Virus record (IMG/VR): IMGVR_UViG_3300031965_000049
Span: 1-47,704 of that record
DNA length: 47,704 bases
Direction: 5' to 3' (one strand)
DNA from: a virus
Lineage: Duplodnaviria > Caudoviricetes
Shown: positions 7,784-17,204 of the stretch, in pieces
Layout: each line of letters opens with the position of its first letter
How positions within the stretch are numbered: position 1 is the stretch's first letter
Translations under genes and position numbers: made by a program
Notes under the pieces: model-generated
What the model was told of the DNA's origin: nothing
Seen by the model: only the letters and a program-made list of their open reading frames with translations
Databases searched by the model: none

Positions 7784-9467
7784 CTATCACTACCTGCTTC
7801 CGCTCAAATTCCTCAATCTGTGCAGCACATGTTTTTTCCATCCGCCAGACCCATCCTTGCGAGTGTCGTTTTTCTTTGGCGTAATCTTCCAATCCTTCTA
7901 CGCCATATTTTAGAGCAATCTGCCGCGTAATCCATCCTGCCTTATACCCTCTATTTGATGCGACTTTTTCGAGTTCTTCAAACTTAGATGGCTCTTTATA
8001 TAGGCTGCCATGATCCGGGATGATATCGTAGTCGATCAACTTCAATTCAGCCATTATTAATTCACGTTCACTATCATAAGTGTAGCCGCAATAGGGGCAA
8101 ATCATCACAGATGGGGCGATGTACGCACCGCATCCTAGTCGGCCTTTTTTATCCGGTGTATAGCCTGTAGATTGGTCTTTCTGCACTCCTGGTCTGGATT
8201 GTTTGCCGCATTCTTTTACAGGAGGTGCGCCGCCGCCCGTTGGTTGTTCGTGAATAAGGCTATAGATTCGTTTGTCCCTGTAATTGCCCAACCTGCCACC
8301 TAAATGTCCTCCATGTCCTCCGAAGTCCAAGATGTTAAAGTACTTTTTGCCAGGGAATGGCCGGCTCCCCCTTCCAATCATTTGGAGCCAAAGATTATCG
8401 GATAGTGTCGCCCGGTTAATTATCACTGTCTGGATAGGCTTGAAGTTAAATCCAGTTGTTAATATACCGGCATTCACTAAGATATCGAACTTTCTATCTT
8501 TCCACTGTTGTATAACATCTTTTCTCTCTCCTGACATTTCAGAATAAGCGGCCATATAATTATCATATGCCGCTTTTTTCGCTTCATAGACAGTTTTTTG
8601 CCCTTCCTTTTGATTGTCCGGTAGTTTTGGCTTACTGACCGCAGATGTTACAAATTTTGCTTTTATTCCGCGATTGTTGAATTCCCGGCAGGTTTCAATG
8701 ACATGTTGTATATTTACACAAAAGCAAATTGTAATTGTATTAGGTGTATGCTTGAGCCATTGATCGACAACTCCGGCGTAAAGCTCAGGACGGTTAAACT
8801 TTGCAAATATTTGATTTTCGTCATAATCTCCTGTCTTTCGGTCGATCTTGACGCCTTCTGTTGATACGGATTCAACGCCATAATAGCGATCTGACACTAG
8901 TTTCCCTTTTGCAATTAGTTCAGTAACAGTTGGGCCGGTTACTAATGCGCTGTAGTCTTCTACAAGTTGTCTTTGTTTCCCGGCGCGTTGCGGAGTGGCA
9001 GTGAAGCCTAACACGTATGCGCCGTTAAATACGTTCAGCCCATCTTCAAAAAACGGATTAAATTCTTGTTTATGACACTCGTCTACTATAATAAGATCAA
9101 ATGATGCAAAAAAGCTTTGCCAGTCTTTCAGGTATTGTTTTGCATTAATCCGATTTTTTAAGGTCTGAGCCATCGCAATATAACAACTGTAATATTTCGG
9201 GGGTGGTGACATCTGCCCCGCTGTAATCTTGTAGGCATTTATCCCGAATTCTTCAAGTGTTCCACCGGTCTCTGTGAGCAATTCGATACGATCAGTAAGG
9301 ATTAAAACGCGGTTTTTTTTAGCCTGCATTTGTTTAGCTATGTAGCTGAACATGACCGTCTTCCCAGAGCCGGTTGGACTTTGAATAACGATATGTTTAT
9401 GTCTTTCAGCCATCTTTTTGCGCGTCCGATTGATTACATCTTGCTGATAATCGTATAGTTGAATCAT
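7770..9467 (-). CDS. Superfamily 2 DExH helicase with C-terminal Zn-finger
   Basis: SPTGSGKT, IVDECH, GFTATP, LTTGFN, QMIGRGSR; CPYCG. Confidence 0.92.
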   Translation of the reverse strand: MIQLYDYQQDVINRTRKKMAERHKHIVIQSPTGSGKTVMFSYIAKQMQAKKNRVLILTDRIELLTETGGTLEEFGINAYKITAGQMSPPPKYYSCYIAMAQTLKNRINAKQYLKDWQSFFASFDLIIVDECHKQEFNPFFEDGLNVFNGAYVLGFTATPQRAGKQRQLVEDYSALVTGPTVTELIAKGKLVSDRYYGVESVSTEGVKIDRKTGDYDENQIFAKFNRPELYAGVVDQWLKHTPNTITICFCVNIQHVIETCREFNNRGIKAKFVTSAVSKPKLPDNQKEGQKTVYEAKKAAYDNYMAAYSEMSGERKDVIQQWKDRKFDILVNAGILTTGFNFKPIQTVIINRATLSDNLWLQMIGRGSRPFPGKKYFNILDFGGHGGHLGGRLGNYRDKRIYSLIHEQPTGGGAPPVKECGKQSRPGVQKDQSTGYTPDKKGRLGCGAYIAPSVMICPYCGYTYDSERELIMAELKLIDYDIIPDHGSLYKEPSKFEELEKVASNRGYKAGWITRQIALKYGVEGLEDYAKEKRHSQGWVWRMEKTCAAQIEEFERKQVVIEKTK

Positions 9468-9480
9468 GTGATTTTTGTTA

Positions 9481-9515
9481 GGTTCAATTTATTGAACTGT
9501 ATATATTTGGTAGTT
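9481..9515 (+). mobile_element. attI-like site heading array 2
   Basis: GGTTCAATTTATTGAACTGTATATATTTGGTAGTT, identical to 44233..44267; its GTT (9513) starts a cassette matched by TGTGGCTAAC at 10262. Confidence 0.7.
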
Positions 9516-10313
9516 AGCCACAATACGAAGAAAGCCTCCGAACTGCAACATCATAATATTGTTTTTCCTTTTCAATTCCAATTGATTTTCGATTTAATTT
9601 TAAACAAGCAAGGTTTGTTGTTCCTGAACCCATTGTATTATCTAAAACCACATCATTTTTATTGGTGTAAGTCAATATTAACCATTCTAAAAGTATTAAT
9701 GGTTTTAAAGTTGGATGATGAAATTTCCCTGTTTCGTGTTCTTTTGAAATTGAAATAATTGAAGTTGGGAATTTTTCATCACTTATAATAGTAGGCGTTT
9801 CAATAAAAGTACCATAACAACTATTCTTTTGTGGTTGTTTCATATTACCCTTACTGTGATTTCTTTTATGTGGTTCGCATTTTACCATTTGTGGGTTATA
9901 TGTTGGTAATTGCTTGTAAAATATAATAATATCCTCGTGTTGTCTTAATGGCATCCTACTTGCATTTAAAAAGCCTGTTTTGGCTACCTATCCCAACATA
10001 AATTATACCTCCAAAGTTTCTTATTGCTAATCATTAATTCTGCGGTAAATAAACCCTGCCCAAACAATATTATAATACCATTATCTTTTATAACTCGCTC
10101 ATACTGCTCCCAAAGTAAATTAAACGGTAACACACTATCCCATTTTGCACTTTTGTTTCCTTTGTTTAAAACGCCATAAGGTAAATCGCAAATAATAGCA
10201 TCTATACTCTTATCTTCAATGAAAGGAAAAACATCAAAGCAATCAGCATTAACCAACGTACTGTGGCTAACATGTGCTATATCCCATTTGGGGTTTTGTG
10301 GTAAATTCAACAT
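9514..10313 (-). pseudogene. N6A/N4C DNA methyltransferase (beta class), frameshifted near 9988
   Basis: DLPY in 9984..10313; HPTLKP and LDNTMGSGTT in 9514..9954; one extra base restores ..WD(K)VAKTGFLNASRMP.. Confidence 0.85.
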
Positions 10314-10398
10314 TCGTTCTCGTATTAAAAGTTATTGTAAATTTATAGTTTGGTGCTTCGTAGTCCCAAACGGTACATAGCACCAAACGTTATGCACA
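10262..10398 (+). mobile_element. attC-like hairpin B1
   Basis: TGTGGCTAAC; arms gtgctatatcccatttgggg / cccaaacggtacatagcac; R' GTTATGCACA at 10389. Confidence 0.85.
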
Positions 10399-10401
10399 AC
10401 C

Positions 10402-11402
10402 TTAAAACAGGCTCGGTGCATCTTTGAAAGTTTTAATTCGTTTGTTCGACATATCTACATATTTCTTTTCAATATCGTACCCGATTGCTTTTCTGCCCTC
10501 TTTTACACTCATTGCCATTTCTGTGCCACTTCCTGCAAACGGTACAACTACAAGGTCGTTTTTCGGCTACAAGTGTTTATTAATATCCTTGTGAGCTTTT
10601 CGGGCTTTATTGTATCATGGTCATAGGTTCCAGTTTCGTAGTTTGGTAATCTTATCACATCTCCATAAAACCATTCATTGTTAAATGGTCTGCGTAAGTC
10701 CTCATATTCCTTGCGTAAGTCCTCATATTCCTTGCGTAAGTGTGGGTAGCACCAGTTTTGCAACTTTTCATACATTTCTTTTGTAAACATTGCAGGTTCA
10801 GTTTTATCTAAACTTAAACAAGCAGAAGCAACCCCGCCACCATTTATAGCAGTTCCAAGTGCTGTATTAATATCTTTCAATACTATTTTACCCTTTGCCT
10901 TTCCAATTTCGCAACGTATGTAATCTCTAATATGGTAAACGCATTGCGTTGAATTATAGGTTTCATTGCTATACATTAGCAATCTTTCAGTAAGCGGTGC
11001 AAATGTTCTTAAATCGGGGTTGAATCTAATCTGTTGCTTATGGTCGTGTGTGTTTTCCCATACAAAACTATTCAGCAGGTTAAAATACTTATCAAATATT
11101 ACTTGTGTGTATGCTATTCGTCTTGCATCTCCGTACCAAATTATTGTACCATTATCTGCAAGTATTCTTTTGCACTCAATAGCCCATTTTTCAACGTCTT
11201 TTAAATAATCATCAAAGCTATTCCAAACAAAATCAAACGCCCCTTTTACCTCAAAATACGGAGGGTCTGCAATTATTAAGTTTGCACATTTATCGGGTAG
11301 TTCATTTTTTAAAAAATCGGAATGGAAAACACAATCAAAAGGCTGTGCATAACACGTGGTATGGTTAATTGGGGCTGTATCTGTACTCATAATTTTCTGC
11401 AT
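10402..11402 (-). pseudogene. N6A/N4C DNA methyltransferase, frameshifted in an A5 run at 10559..10563
   Basis: IADPPY and HDTIKP; the SAM motif VVPFAGSGTE..RKAIGYDIE continues in another frame to a stop at 10402. Confidence 0.85.
10691..10741. repeat. 21-bp tandem repeat (about 2.4 units) encoding LRKEYED
   Basis: tgcgtaagtcctcatattcct x2 followed by tgcgtaagt. Confidence 0.9.
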
Positions 11403-11474
11403 TTTATTAAGTTTCTACTAGGTGGATAGGTTGTCGGTATCTAATCCCCAACTAACCATACCACAACACGCTAT
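11344..11474 (+). mobile_element. attC-like hairpin B2 (R' core deleted)
   Basis: TGTGCATAAC; arms gtggtatggttaattgggg / cccaactaaccataccac; the expected GTTATGC is missing before gctattt. Confidence 0.8.
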
Positions 11475-12092
11475 TTAAAAAAGCTCTCGTTGTTGTAAAA
11501 GCATTTTTGCATGATTTGCGCTTTTCAAATTTAGCTCAAAGCCTATTATTTTTCTTTTCAATATTCTCGCTGCTAATAAAGATTTTCCACTACCGCAAAA
11601 AGGGTCTAAAATTAAATCCCCTTCTTTTGTGAAATGATTAAAGAAAAAAGCAAACAATGAAGTTTGTTTATCAAAATTTTGAGAATACTGTTTTATCATT
11701 CTTATTTTTTTTGCTTCAATCAAATTTGAAAAACATTCGTGATTGTTCTCGAATCTCGTCTTTCCAAACCTGAACTCACTCACAAAGTCGGCTAATTGCA
11801 TTGGAGCTTTATTGCTTATCAAGTTTGGAATTACTGTGTTAATTGCGTACATTCGTACAAAATAGTCTAAAAATTTATTTGAAAAAGGAATTAATACTCG
11901 TTCGTTAGTCATTAAAAAAGTGTGACCTGAGCATTTTCTCATCAGTATATTTTCAAACTCATCTAAATTCATCCCAAATGGCGGGTCTGCGAAAACTAAA
12001 TCAACGGTTCTATTGTCAATTTCAAATAATTTAGAATCGCAATTGTACAATTCAACATATTCATCTATGTAAATTAAGTGTTCTTTTAGCAT
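11475..12092 (-). CDS. N6A/N4C DNA methyltransferase (compact, apparently intact)
   Basis: FADPPF; LILDPFCGSGKS; IIGFELN. Confidence 0.88.
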   Translation of the reverse strand: MLKEHLIYIDEYVELYNCDSKLFEIDNRTVDLVFADPPFGMNLDEFENILMRKCSGHTFLMTNERVLIPFSNKFLDYFVRMYAINTVIPNLISNKAPMQLADFVSEFRFGKTRFENNHECFSNLIEAKKIRMIKQYSQNFDKQTSLFAFFFNHFTKEGDLILDPFCGSGKSLLAARILKRKIIGFELNLKSANHAKMLLQQRELF

Positions 12093-12334
12093 AAAGCATT
12101 ACTTAAATTAATAACGGTTTCAACGTATCCTTTATTATTTAAAATAAAGTCAAACAATGCCGTCTTAATGTCATTTTTTTGCTTTGTTTTTTTCATACTT
12201 AATGTATAATATTTTGCTATTTTTTCAAGTCCTTGCAATGCTTCTCTTTTATGAAAATCATTCCCTGTCTCAATAAATTTTAAAACATCGTAGATTATCT
12301 TATCCTTGCACTTATATTTATTAAATTCTCTCAT
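12086..12334 (-). CDS. Hypothetical protein co-cassetted with the methyltransferase
   Basis: ORF 12086..12364; likely ATG at 12334; overlaps the MTase start. Confidence 0.65.
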   Translation of the reverse strand: MREFNKYKCKDKIIYDVLKFIETGNDFHKREALQGLEKIAKYYTLSMKKTKQKNDIKTALFDFILNNKGYVETVINLSNALC

Positions 12335-12353
12335 TGTTAAAATATAAAAAACA

Positions 12354-12488
12354 GCGCATAACACACAATGTAAAATATACGGGTGTTTGTTGCAAATTGA
12401 ACGGTCCTACCTTTAATTGTCATTCGTGTATCGGGATAGGATACCGCTTTTAATCCCGTACATTTCATATTGTCAAACGTTATGCCTC
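12354..12488 (+). mobile_element. attC-like hairpin B3
   Basis: GCGCATAAC; arms acaatgtaaaatatacggg / cccgtacatttcatattgt; R' GTTATGCCTC at 12479. Confidence 0.85.
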
Positions 12489-12674
12489 ATTGTGGAGGAC
12501 ACAACAAAACGTGCTTTTCGTTTCGATACTATCTACGTATCCACCATCCCAACCTGTTTTTAGTTCTATTGTTATTTCACTGCCTATTTCATTACAAAAA
12601 CCATCGTTTTCAGCACCTTCATAATCATAAAAGGTATTTTGTTTCCAATGCTTACAAGTAGAACAATGAGGCAT
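12480..12674 (-). CDS. Small Cys-rich hypothetical protein (cassette cargo)
   Basis: CSTCKHW..GFC..FCCVLH; stop in the R' GTTA; an upstream ATG at 12735 in the loop is out of frame by 1 nt. Confidence 0.7.
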   Translation of the reverse strand: MPHCSTCKHWKQNTFYDYEGAENDGFCNEIGSEITIELKTGWDGGYVDSIETKSTFCCVLHNEA

Positions 12675-12803
12675 AACGGCAAAGTATATTTAATGCCTGT
12701 GTTTCTGCGTTATTCAAGTTCTGTTCTTTTTTCATATTTATCTGTATTTTGAAAATTTGTAATTCTAAATCAGGCACTAAACATACCTGCGACCGTTGTG
12801 TAT
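12663..12803 (+). mobile_element. attC-like hairpin B4
   Basis: ACAATGAGGCATAAC is the 15/15 complement of 12479..12493; arms gtatatttaatgcctg / caggcactaaacatac; GTT at 12795. Confidence 0.85.
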
Positions 12804-12807
12804 AAGG

Positions 12808-13038
12808 CTAAACGCTTTTTTCAGCCTTATCTGTAATTTGAACTTCAAGATTGAGCGGAATCATGAACTCATTCAGAAAATTGAACTGGTTTTGGACAAT
12901 TCTTAGCTTCTTAGCGAAGTTCTTATAGTCGTAACCAATCTTTGAGCAAAAGGCTTCTTTTGTTCCAAATTGGGCTTTGATTTGTAATTCAATAGTGCCG
13001 ATTATATCGGCACTATTTTTAATTTCCTTTTCGTCCAT
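12808..13038 (-). CDS. Small HTH-like regulator
   Basis: 76 aa; TKEAFCSKIGYDYKNF resembles an XRE-type helix-turn-helix. Confidence 0.55.
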   Translation of the reverse strand: MDEKEIKNSADIIGTIELQIKAQFGTKEAFCSKIGYDYKNFAKKLRIVQNQFNFLNEFMIPLNLEVQITDKAEKSV

Positions 13039-13039
13039 C

Positions 13040-13333
13040 TTATTCGCTTAATGCAGAAACTAAACTATTAATAAAATCATCAAAATTAGATTCGTTACCT
13101 AATCCAGATTCAACCATCCAATCACCTGTTGAATCTTCTGTATTTGTTCTGTAACAAATTGTTTCATCATCAAGTCTTACAAAATCAATTCCATTTGATC
13201 CACCACCGAACCCACCGCCATGTTGTGGATACATTTCGGGAAAATCAACTAATGATACATAACCCCTTGTTGTTTCTGAATTTTCATCAAAACCTAATTC
13301 AACCATTTCGTTTTTTAAATCTGCTAATTTCAT
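13040..13333 (-). CDS. Acidic hypothetical protein
   Basis: 97-aa ORF after a promoter-like region. Confidence 0.75.
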   Translation of the reverse strand: MKLADLKNEMVELGFDENSETTRGYVSLVDFPEMYPQHGGGFGGGSNGIDFVRLDDETICYRTNTEDSTGDWMVESGLGNESNFDDFINSLVSALSE

Positions 13334-13519
13334 GATGTTTAGTTTTTATGTCTTAGCATCGTTGCTTTGACTGATACAAATATCGTATTAATTATACGAA
13401 CCACCAAATAAAAACGTATTTATTTTTTTTCTCCCCTCTTTCGGTTTTTCAAACCGATTTGGATTAAATCACGAATTTCACGGTTAACATTACCTTCGTT
13501 GTTTTTCTTAGAATTACTA

Positions 13520-13921
13520 TTAAAACGGCAGGGCATCCCCCTCCTGTACAAATCCGACAGACTGATTTTGCGGCTCAATGCCTCCTTGTTGTACCTGATC
13601 CCACACCGTAAGACTCCCTAGAGTGGCCGGATAGCGCGGAGGATTTTCAGACTTTAAGGCTTCGCGGATCTCTTTGCCAGGGTCGTGATTTAGGATGTGG
13701 GTTGACTTGTCGTTTTCGAATTTACTAGGTTGTGTCCGCGGATTACCGAAGCCGTACACGTTTACATGAGGTTTTCCGTTATTGTCAGTTGATAATTTCA
13801 GATTGTTTGCCTCAATCGGGATGACGATACAGTCTACTTGCTGCCCTGCCTGATTTTTCTTTTTTTCAATTACGCTTTTGAAAGCGCATAGGTCAATACT
13901 TATCCCTATATTATTTGCCAT
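13520..13921 (-). CDS. Putative single-stranded DNA-binding protein
   Basis: Beta-rich N-terminus, Q/G-rich linker, C-terminal GDALPF; follows the annealase and exonuclease. Confidence 0.6.
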   Translation of the reverse strand: MANNIGISIDLCAFKSVIEKKKNQAGQQVDCIVIPIEANNLKLSTDNNGKPHVNVYGFGNPRTQPSKFENDKSTHILNHDPGKEIREALKSENPPRYPATLGSLTVWDQVQQGGIEPQNQSVGFVQEGDALPF

Positions 13922-13982
13922 AATTTACTCCCGTCCGTCCGTACATGCGCCGCCGGGGTGCTGCGTTTTAGTGTTTGTTTTA

Positions 13983-14027
13983 CAATTCTACAACTTATTA
14001 TTTTCCAAAACCATGACTTTTATCATG
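13983..14027 (-). promoter_or_regulatory. Palindrome-class promoter (copy 3 of 5)
   Basis: CATGAC-tttt-ATCATG at 14012..14027, 21 bp from a -7-like box. Confidence 0.65.
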
Positions 14028-14796
14028 CTTTTGTTTTTTTACCATTTAATGTTTCATAGACCGTAATGCCTTCGAAGATATTTGCGGTTACTGCTTTTTC
14101 AGCAATCATTAGGCGTTCTTCCAATTCGGAAATATATTCGTCATCTCGGTCAACTTTGATCACTGCCAGTTTCATTGCCGATTCACGGCGCGGGTCATAA
14201 CTTACAAACCAACAATATGGAGAGTTGAAGTTCATAATGTGCGCCTGAATTTGTGCATAATAGGTGTGCGATTTGTCGATTCCTGTAAGTTGTAAATCCA
14301 AGTTTGACTGATGTACCATGACGTTGTATGGGCACTTGATTTCACCAGGGATGCCAAGATTTTCAAAATCCGCACTTCCGCCAAAGAAGTTGTATTTACC
14401 TTTGCGGAATGTGACTTTGTTAACTTTTTTACCAAGCCATTTTTCAAACTCCGCGCGGGCTTCCGGTTCATACTTAATGCCCCATCTTGTTTGTTTAAAA
14501 TCGGAGGTCATTTGCTGTTCGATATACTCGTCAACTTTATCCGGGGCGAGTGTTCGCTCAATTATCAACAGTCGTACATAATTCACTGCTTTGGCCCCAA
14601 ATAACTCACCCCGCCCGCGCCCCATCAAATCGGGCATACGAGAGGCGGTAAATTTTCCTAACCTTACTGCGAACCAGTCTTTAGATTGTTGTTCAACCTG
14701 CTTTTTTTCTTGCACGTATGCGGGGTCTGAACTGCCCGATATTGCTTCGGATAATTCGGCCCATGTGCTGCTATAGGTTGCTTGTTGTTCGCTCAT
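14023..14796 (-). CDS. YqaJ/lambda-exonuclease family nuclease
   Basis: QQSKDWFAVRLGKFTAS, WGIKYEPEAR, GGSAD, EIKCP, YYAQIQ, FVSYDPR. Confidence 0.9.
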   Translation of the reverse strand: MSEQQATYSSTWAELSEAISGSSDPAYVQEKKQVEQQSKDWFAVRLGKFTASRMPDLMGRGRGELFGAKAVNYVRLLIIERTLAPDKVDEYIEQQMTSDFKQTRWGIKYEPEARAEFEKWLGKKVNKVTFRKGKYNFFGGSADFENLGIPGEIKCPYNVMVHQSNLDLQLTGIDKSHTYYAQIQAHIMNFNSPYCWFVSYDPRRESAMKLAVIKVDRDDEYISELEERLMIAEKAVTANIFEGITVYETLNGKKTKA

Positions 14797-14999
14797 TTTG
14801 AGCCTCCTTCCAGATCTGATTCATCAACTTTTTTCCACACAACCGAATAAGTCCCAGTTTCATCTGTAACCCCATGAATACACGCAGGGCCAGCGAGATG
14901 ACATAATACAGAATCGAGATCGACAAGATCACATCCTTCACATTCGTACGTGTTTGTTTTTACAAGTTCATATGTTACTCCTCTAATTTCTTTCATCAT
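14793..14999 (-). CDS. Small Cys-rich hypothetical protein
   Basis: CEGCDL..C..C; overlaps both neighbours by 4 nt. Confidence 0.7.
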   Translation of the reverse strand: MMKEIRGVTYELVKTNTYECEGCDLVDLDSVLCHLAGPACIHGVTDETGTYSVVWKKVDESDLEGGSK

Positions 15000-15643
15000 T
15001 TCGCGCCTCCTTCCAACAATTGCCGCATTTCAGTTAATACCGACTTCGCGCGGTCGTTTGTTTCAAACATTTCTTTATTCATCGTGTACACGGCTACCAG
15101 GTGAGAGATTGCAGGACTTGCTTTGTTGCACCAGGCTGAAATCGCTGCTGGGCCTTCAAGAAATTCACCCTTAGGGGTTTGGAATTTACCCTGACCTGCG
15201 TTTTTAAGTTGGATTTTGGGTAGTAGTGATAAATGACGCCCAATACCCCATTTTGCAGCGGCCCGCACGAATGCACCAGATGCGGCTGTCTTTGCCTCAA
15301 ATGTCGCTTTATCAACGTCGGCTATTGATTTTTTACGGCTTGCTTTTGCGCCGCCTGCATCTGATTTCTCAATCAATCCTTCAGATGTGATAATTGAAAT
15401 TGAACAAAACAACATTCTGGCAATTCCCCGATATTCACAACCCCATCCACCAATTCCGCAAACAGTATCAAGTATTTCCTCGCACTGATCAGCGTCATAA
15501 TACGGGTATATTTCATTGTTTGCGCCGACAACATCGCCAACCCGCCATTTCGGGTATATACCTATTTCAGCATGAAAATTCGGGTCTGATAGTTTGAATA
15601 GCTCAATTGATTTTTGAGTAATAACTCCGTTTTTGTTTTCCAT
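14996..15643 (-). CDS. Rad52/22-like single-strand annealing protein
   Basis: YYDA..EILDTVCGIGGW, CSISI, KSDAG, SGAFVRAAAKWGIGRHL. Confidence 0.85.
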   Translation of the reverse strand: MENKNGVITQKSIELFKLSDPNFHAEIGIYPKWRVGDVVGANNEIYPYYDADQCEEILDTVCGIGGWGCEYRGIARMLFCSISIITSEGLIEKSDAGGAKASRKKSIADVDKATFEAKTAASGAFVRAAAKWGIGRHLSLLPKIQLKNAGQGKFQTPKGEFLEGPAAISAWCNKASPAISHLVAVYTMNKEMFETNDRAKSVLTEMRQLLEGGAK

Positions 15644-15675
15644 TTTTATTGATTTTTGTGCCAGTAGGCGGTTAA

Positions 15676-16029
15676 TTACTTTACTAAATAATCATTAACA
15701 GTTGTGATCCTGTTAGATTCTACGCCCTCAATGTATTCCGAATTTGCGGGTACATAGACAATCGTGGTAGTGCCTTTATGATTGTAATGGCCTTTTACTT
15801 TCATTATGCTTTTAGAAGTAAGTTCGCGAAGCTCTAACACCTCTTTATGATTAAGGTCACGGTGCGCGTACTTTTGGCGCGTTTTACGACTCGAATGATT
15901 GCCGTGTGCATTTATGCGGTCAGCGTTGCACTCATTCACTACAAGGCAATATACGCCTTTCTCTTCTCCTGAATCTCCTGCGATTATCGCAAATTGAATC
16001 TGATTCTGTATTAAGTCTTTAATTATCAT
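15676..16029 (-). CDS. Hypothetical protein
   Basis: 117-aa first gene of the leftward operon. Confidence 0.75.
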   Translation of the reverse strand: MIIKDLIQNQIQFAIIAGDSGEEKGVYCLVVNECNADRINAHGNHSSRKTRQKYAHRDLNHKEVLELRELTSKSIMKVKGHYNHKGTTTIVYVPANSEYIEGVESNRITTVNDYLVK

Positions 16030-16098
16030 GTGTGTTTTTGTTTCTGTGATATCCGGTATTTAAGTGCCGGATCTCCGTTTTTTAACTTTTCAATACTC

Positions 16099-16143
16099 CA
16101 AAGATACAACGCCGAAATTTCAAAAAACCTGACTTTTGTCATG
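16099..16143 (-). promoter_or_regulatory. Palindrome-class promoter (copy 4 of 5)
   Basis: TATCTTTG box at 16099..16106 plus CCTGAC-tttt-GTCATG 21 bp away. Confidence 0.7.
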
Positions 16144-16648
16144 TTTCGCAAAATTCTTTGAAAAATTCTTTCCATGGGATCGTCTGGTCCGGTGATTATA
16201 ACATTATGTCTTGTGCACTATGTGTAAAGTACAATAAGGGTGTTTTTCAGTGCGCATTTTGTATATATTGTTAAGTAAGAAAAATAAGTGCACTGTGCTA
16301 ACCCTCTTATTATTATATATTTATGTATTCTTTTTTATATAGTGAATAGTAAATAGTAAAAAGTGTATAAAATAGATAGATAAAAAAAAGAGAGTAAAAA
16401 GTATAAAAAAAAGATAGAAAAATGATAGAAAAAATAGGTCGTATAAATAAGAAAGAGGATAGTGTTTTATTTTCATTATAATAATCAATAACCTTAATTA
16501 ACTGAAATACATGCACGTAAATTAGTGCAGTTATTTTTCATTAAAAACAGATTGTATAGAAATAATCTCGCACACACATGTAATCAACGCATTATATAGT
16601 GCAGTTATAATATTTGCTGATTATTTTGTTTTTAAATTTTAGAATTAA

Positions 16649-16656
16649 TATCTTTG
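16649..16656 (+). promoter_or_regulatory. Bacteroidota-type -7 box for the rightward arm
   Basis: TATCTTTG about 26 bp upstream of the ATG at 16683. Confidence 0.6.
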
Positions 16657-16682
16657 AAGAAACAAATTAAAAATAAAACAGG

Positions 16683-17204
16683 ATGAAAGACTTCACCTAT
16701 AACGGTAAATTCAAGCTTTGTAAGCTTTGCGCAAATGAATCGTGCAATATCCCATGCGAAACTATTAAAAACGGAATATCGCTAAGGGAATCAGGGCAAT
16801 TGGAATTTGAACAATTGAAAAAACGTGAGGCTGAAAAAGCAGAACGCAGACGCATGAAAATTGAGGCAAAGAAAAAACTAGGCCTTATCCCGGAAAATGA
16901 AGATGTTGAAATAATCAGAAAGGAAAAAGAAAAAGCAGAACGCAAACAAAAAAGGTATCTTGCAAAGATTGAACTAGGACTTGTAGACTTGTCGAAAAAA
17001 TTGATTTTGACAAAAATTGAACGTGAATTATTTCGTGTACGTGAAACGGAAAATGAACTTATAGACGTAGTGTTAATGGACTTTGGTAGTGGTGAAAGGG
17101 AATATTTCAGGGTATATGATAGTCGTGAAGATGGCCGCTTTGATGTACTCATGCATAGAGCACAAATGAATGTAATCAAAAAAAACAACCATGAGGAAGG
17201 ATGA
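16683..17204 (+). CDS. Hypothetical basic protein with an N-terminal Cys cluster
   Basis: 173-aa ORF; CKLC..C..C. Confidence 0.75.
   Translation: MKDFTYNGKFKLCKLCANESCNIPCETIKNGISLRESGQLEFEQLKKREAEKAERRRMKIEAKKKLGLIPENEDVEIIRKEKEKAERKQKRYLAKIELGLVDLSKKLILTKIERELFRVRETENELIDVVLMDFGSGEREYFRVYDSREDGRFDVLMHRAQMNVIKKNNHEEG

Noticed and set aside
9954-10560. Stop-codon reassignment as the cause of the split methyltransferases
   Set aside because: The halves are in different frames, and TAG/TGA terminate other genes normally.
16313-16516. 67-aa F/Y/I-rich ORF
   Set aside because: Product of a low-complexity T-rich strand; unlikely to be coding.
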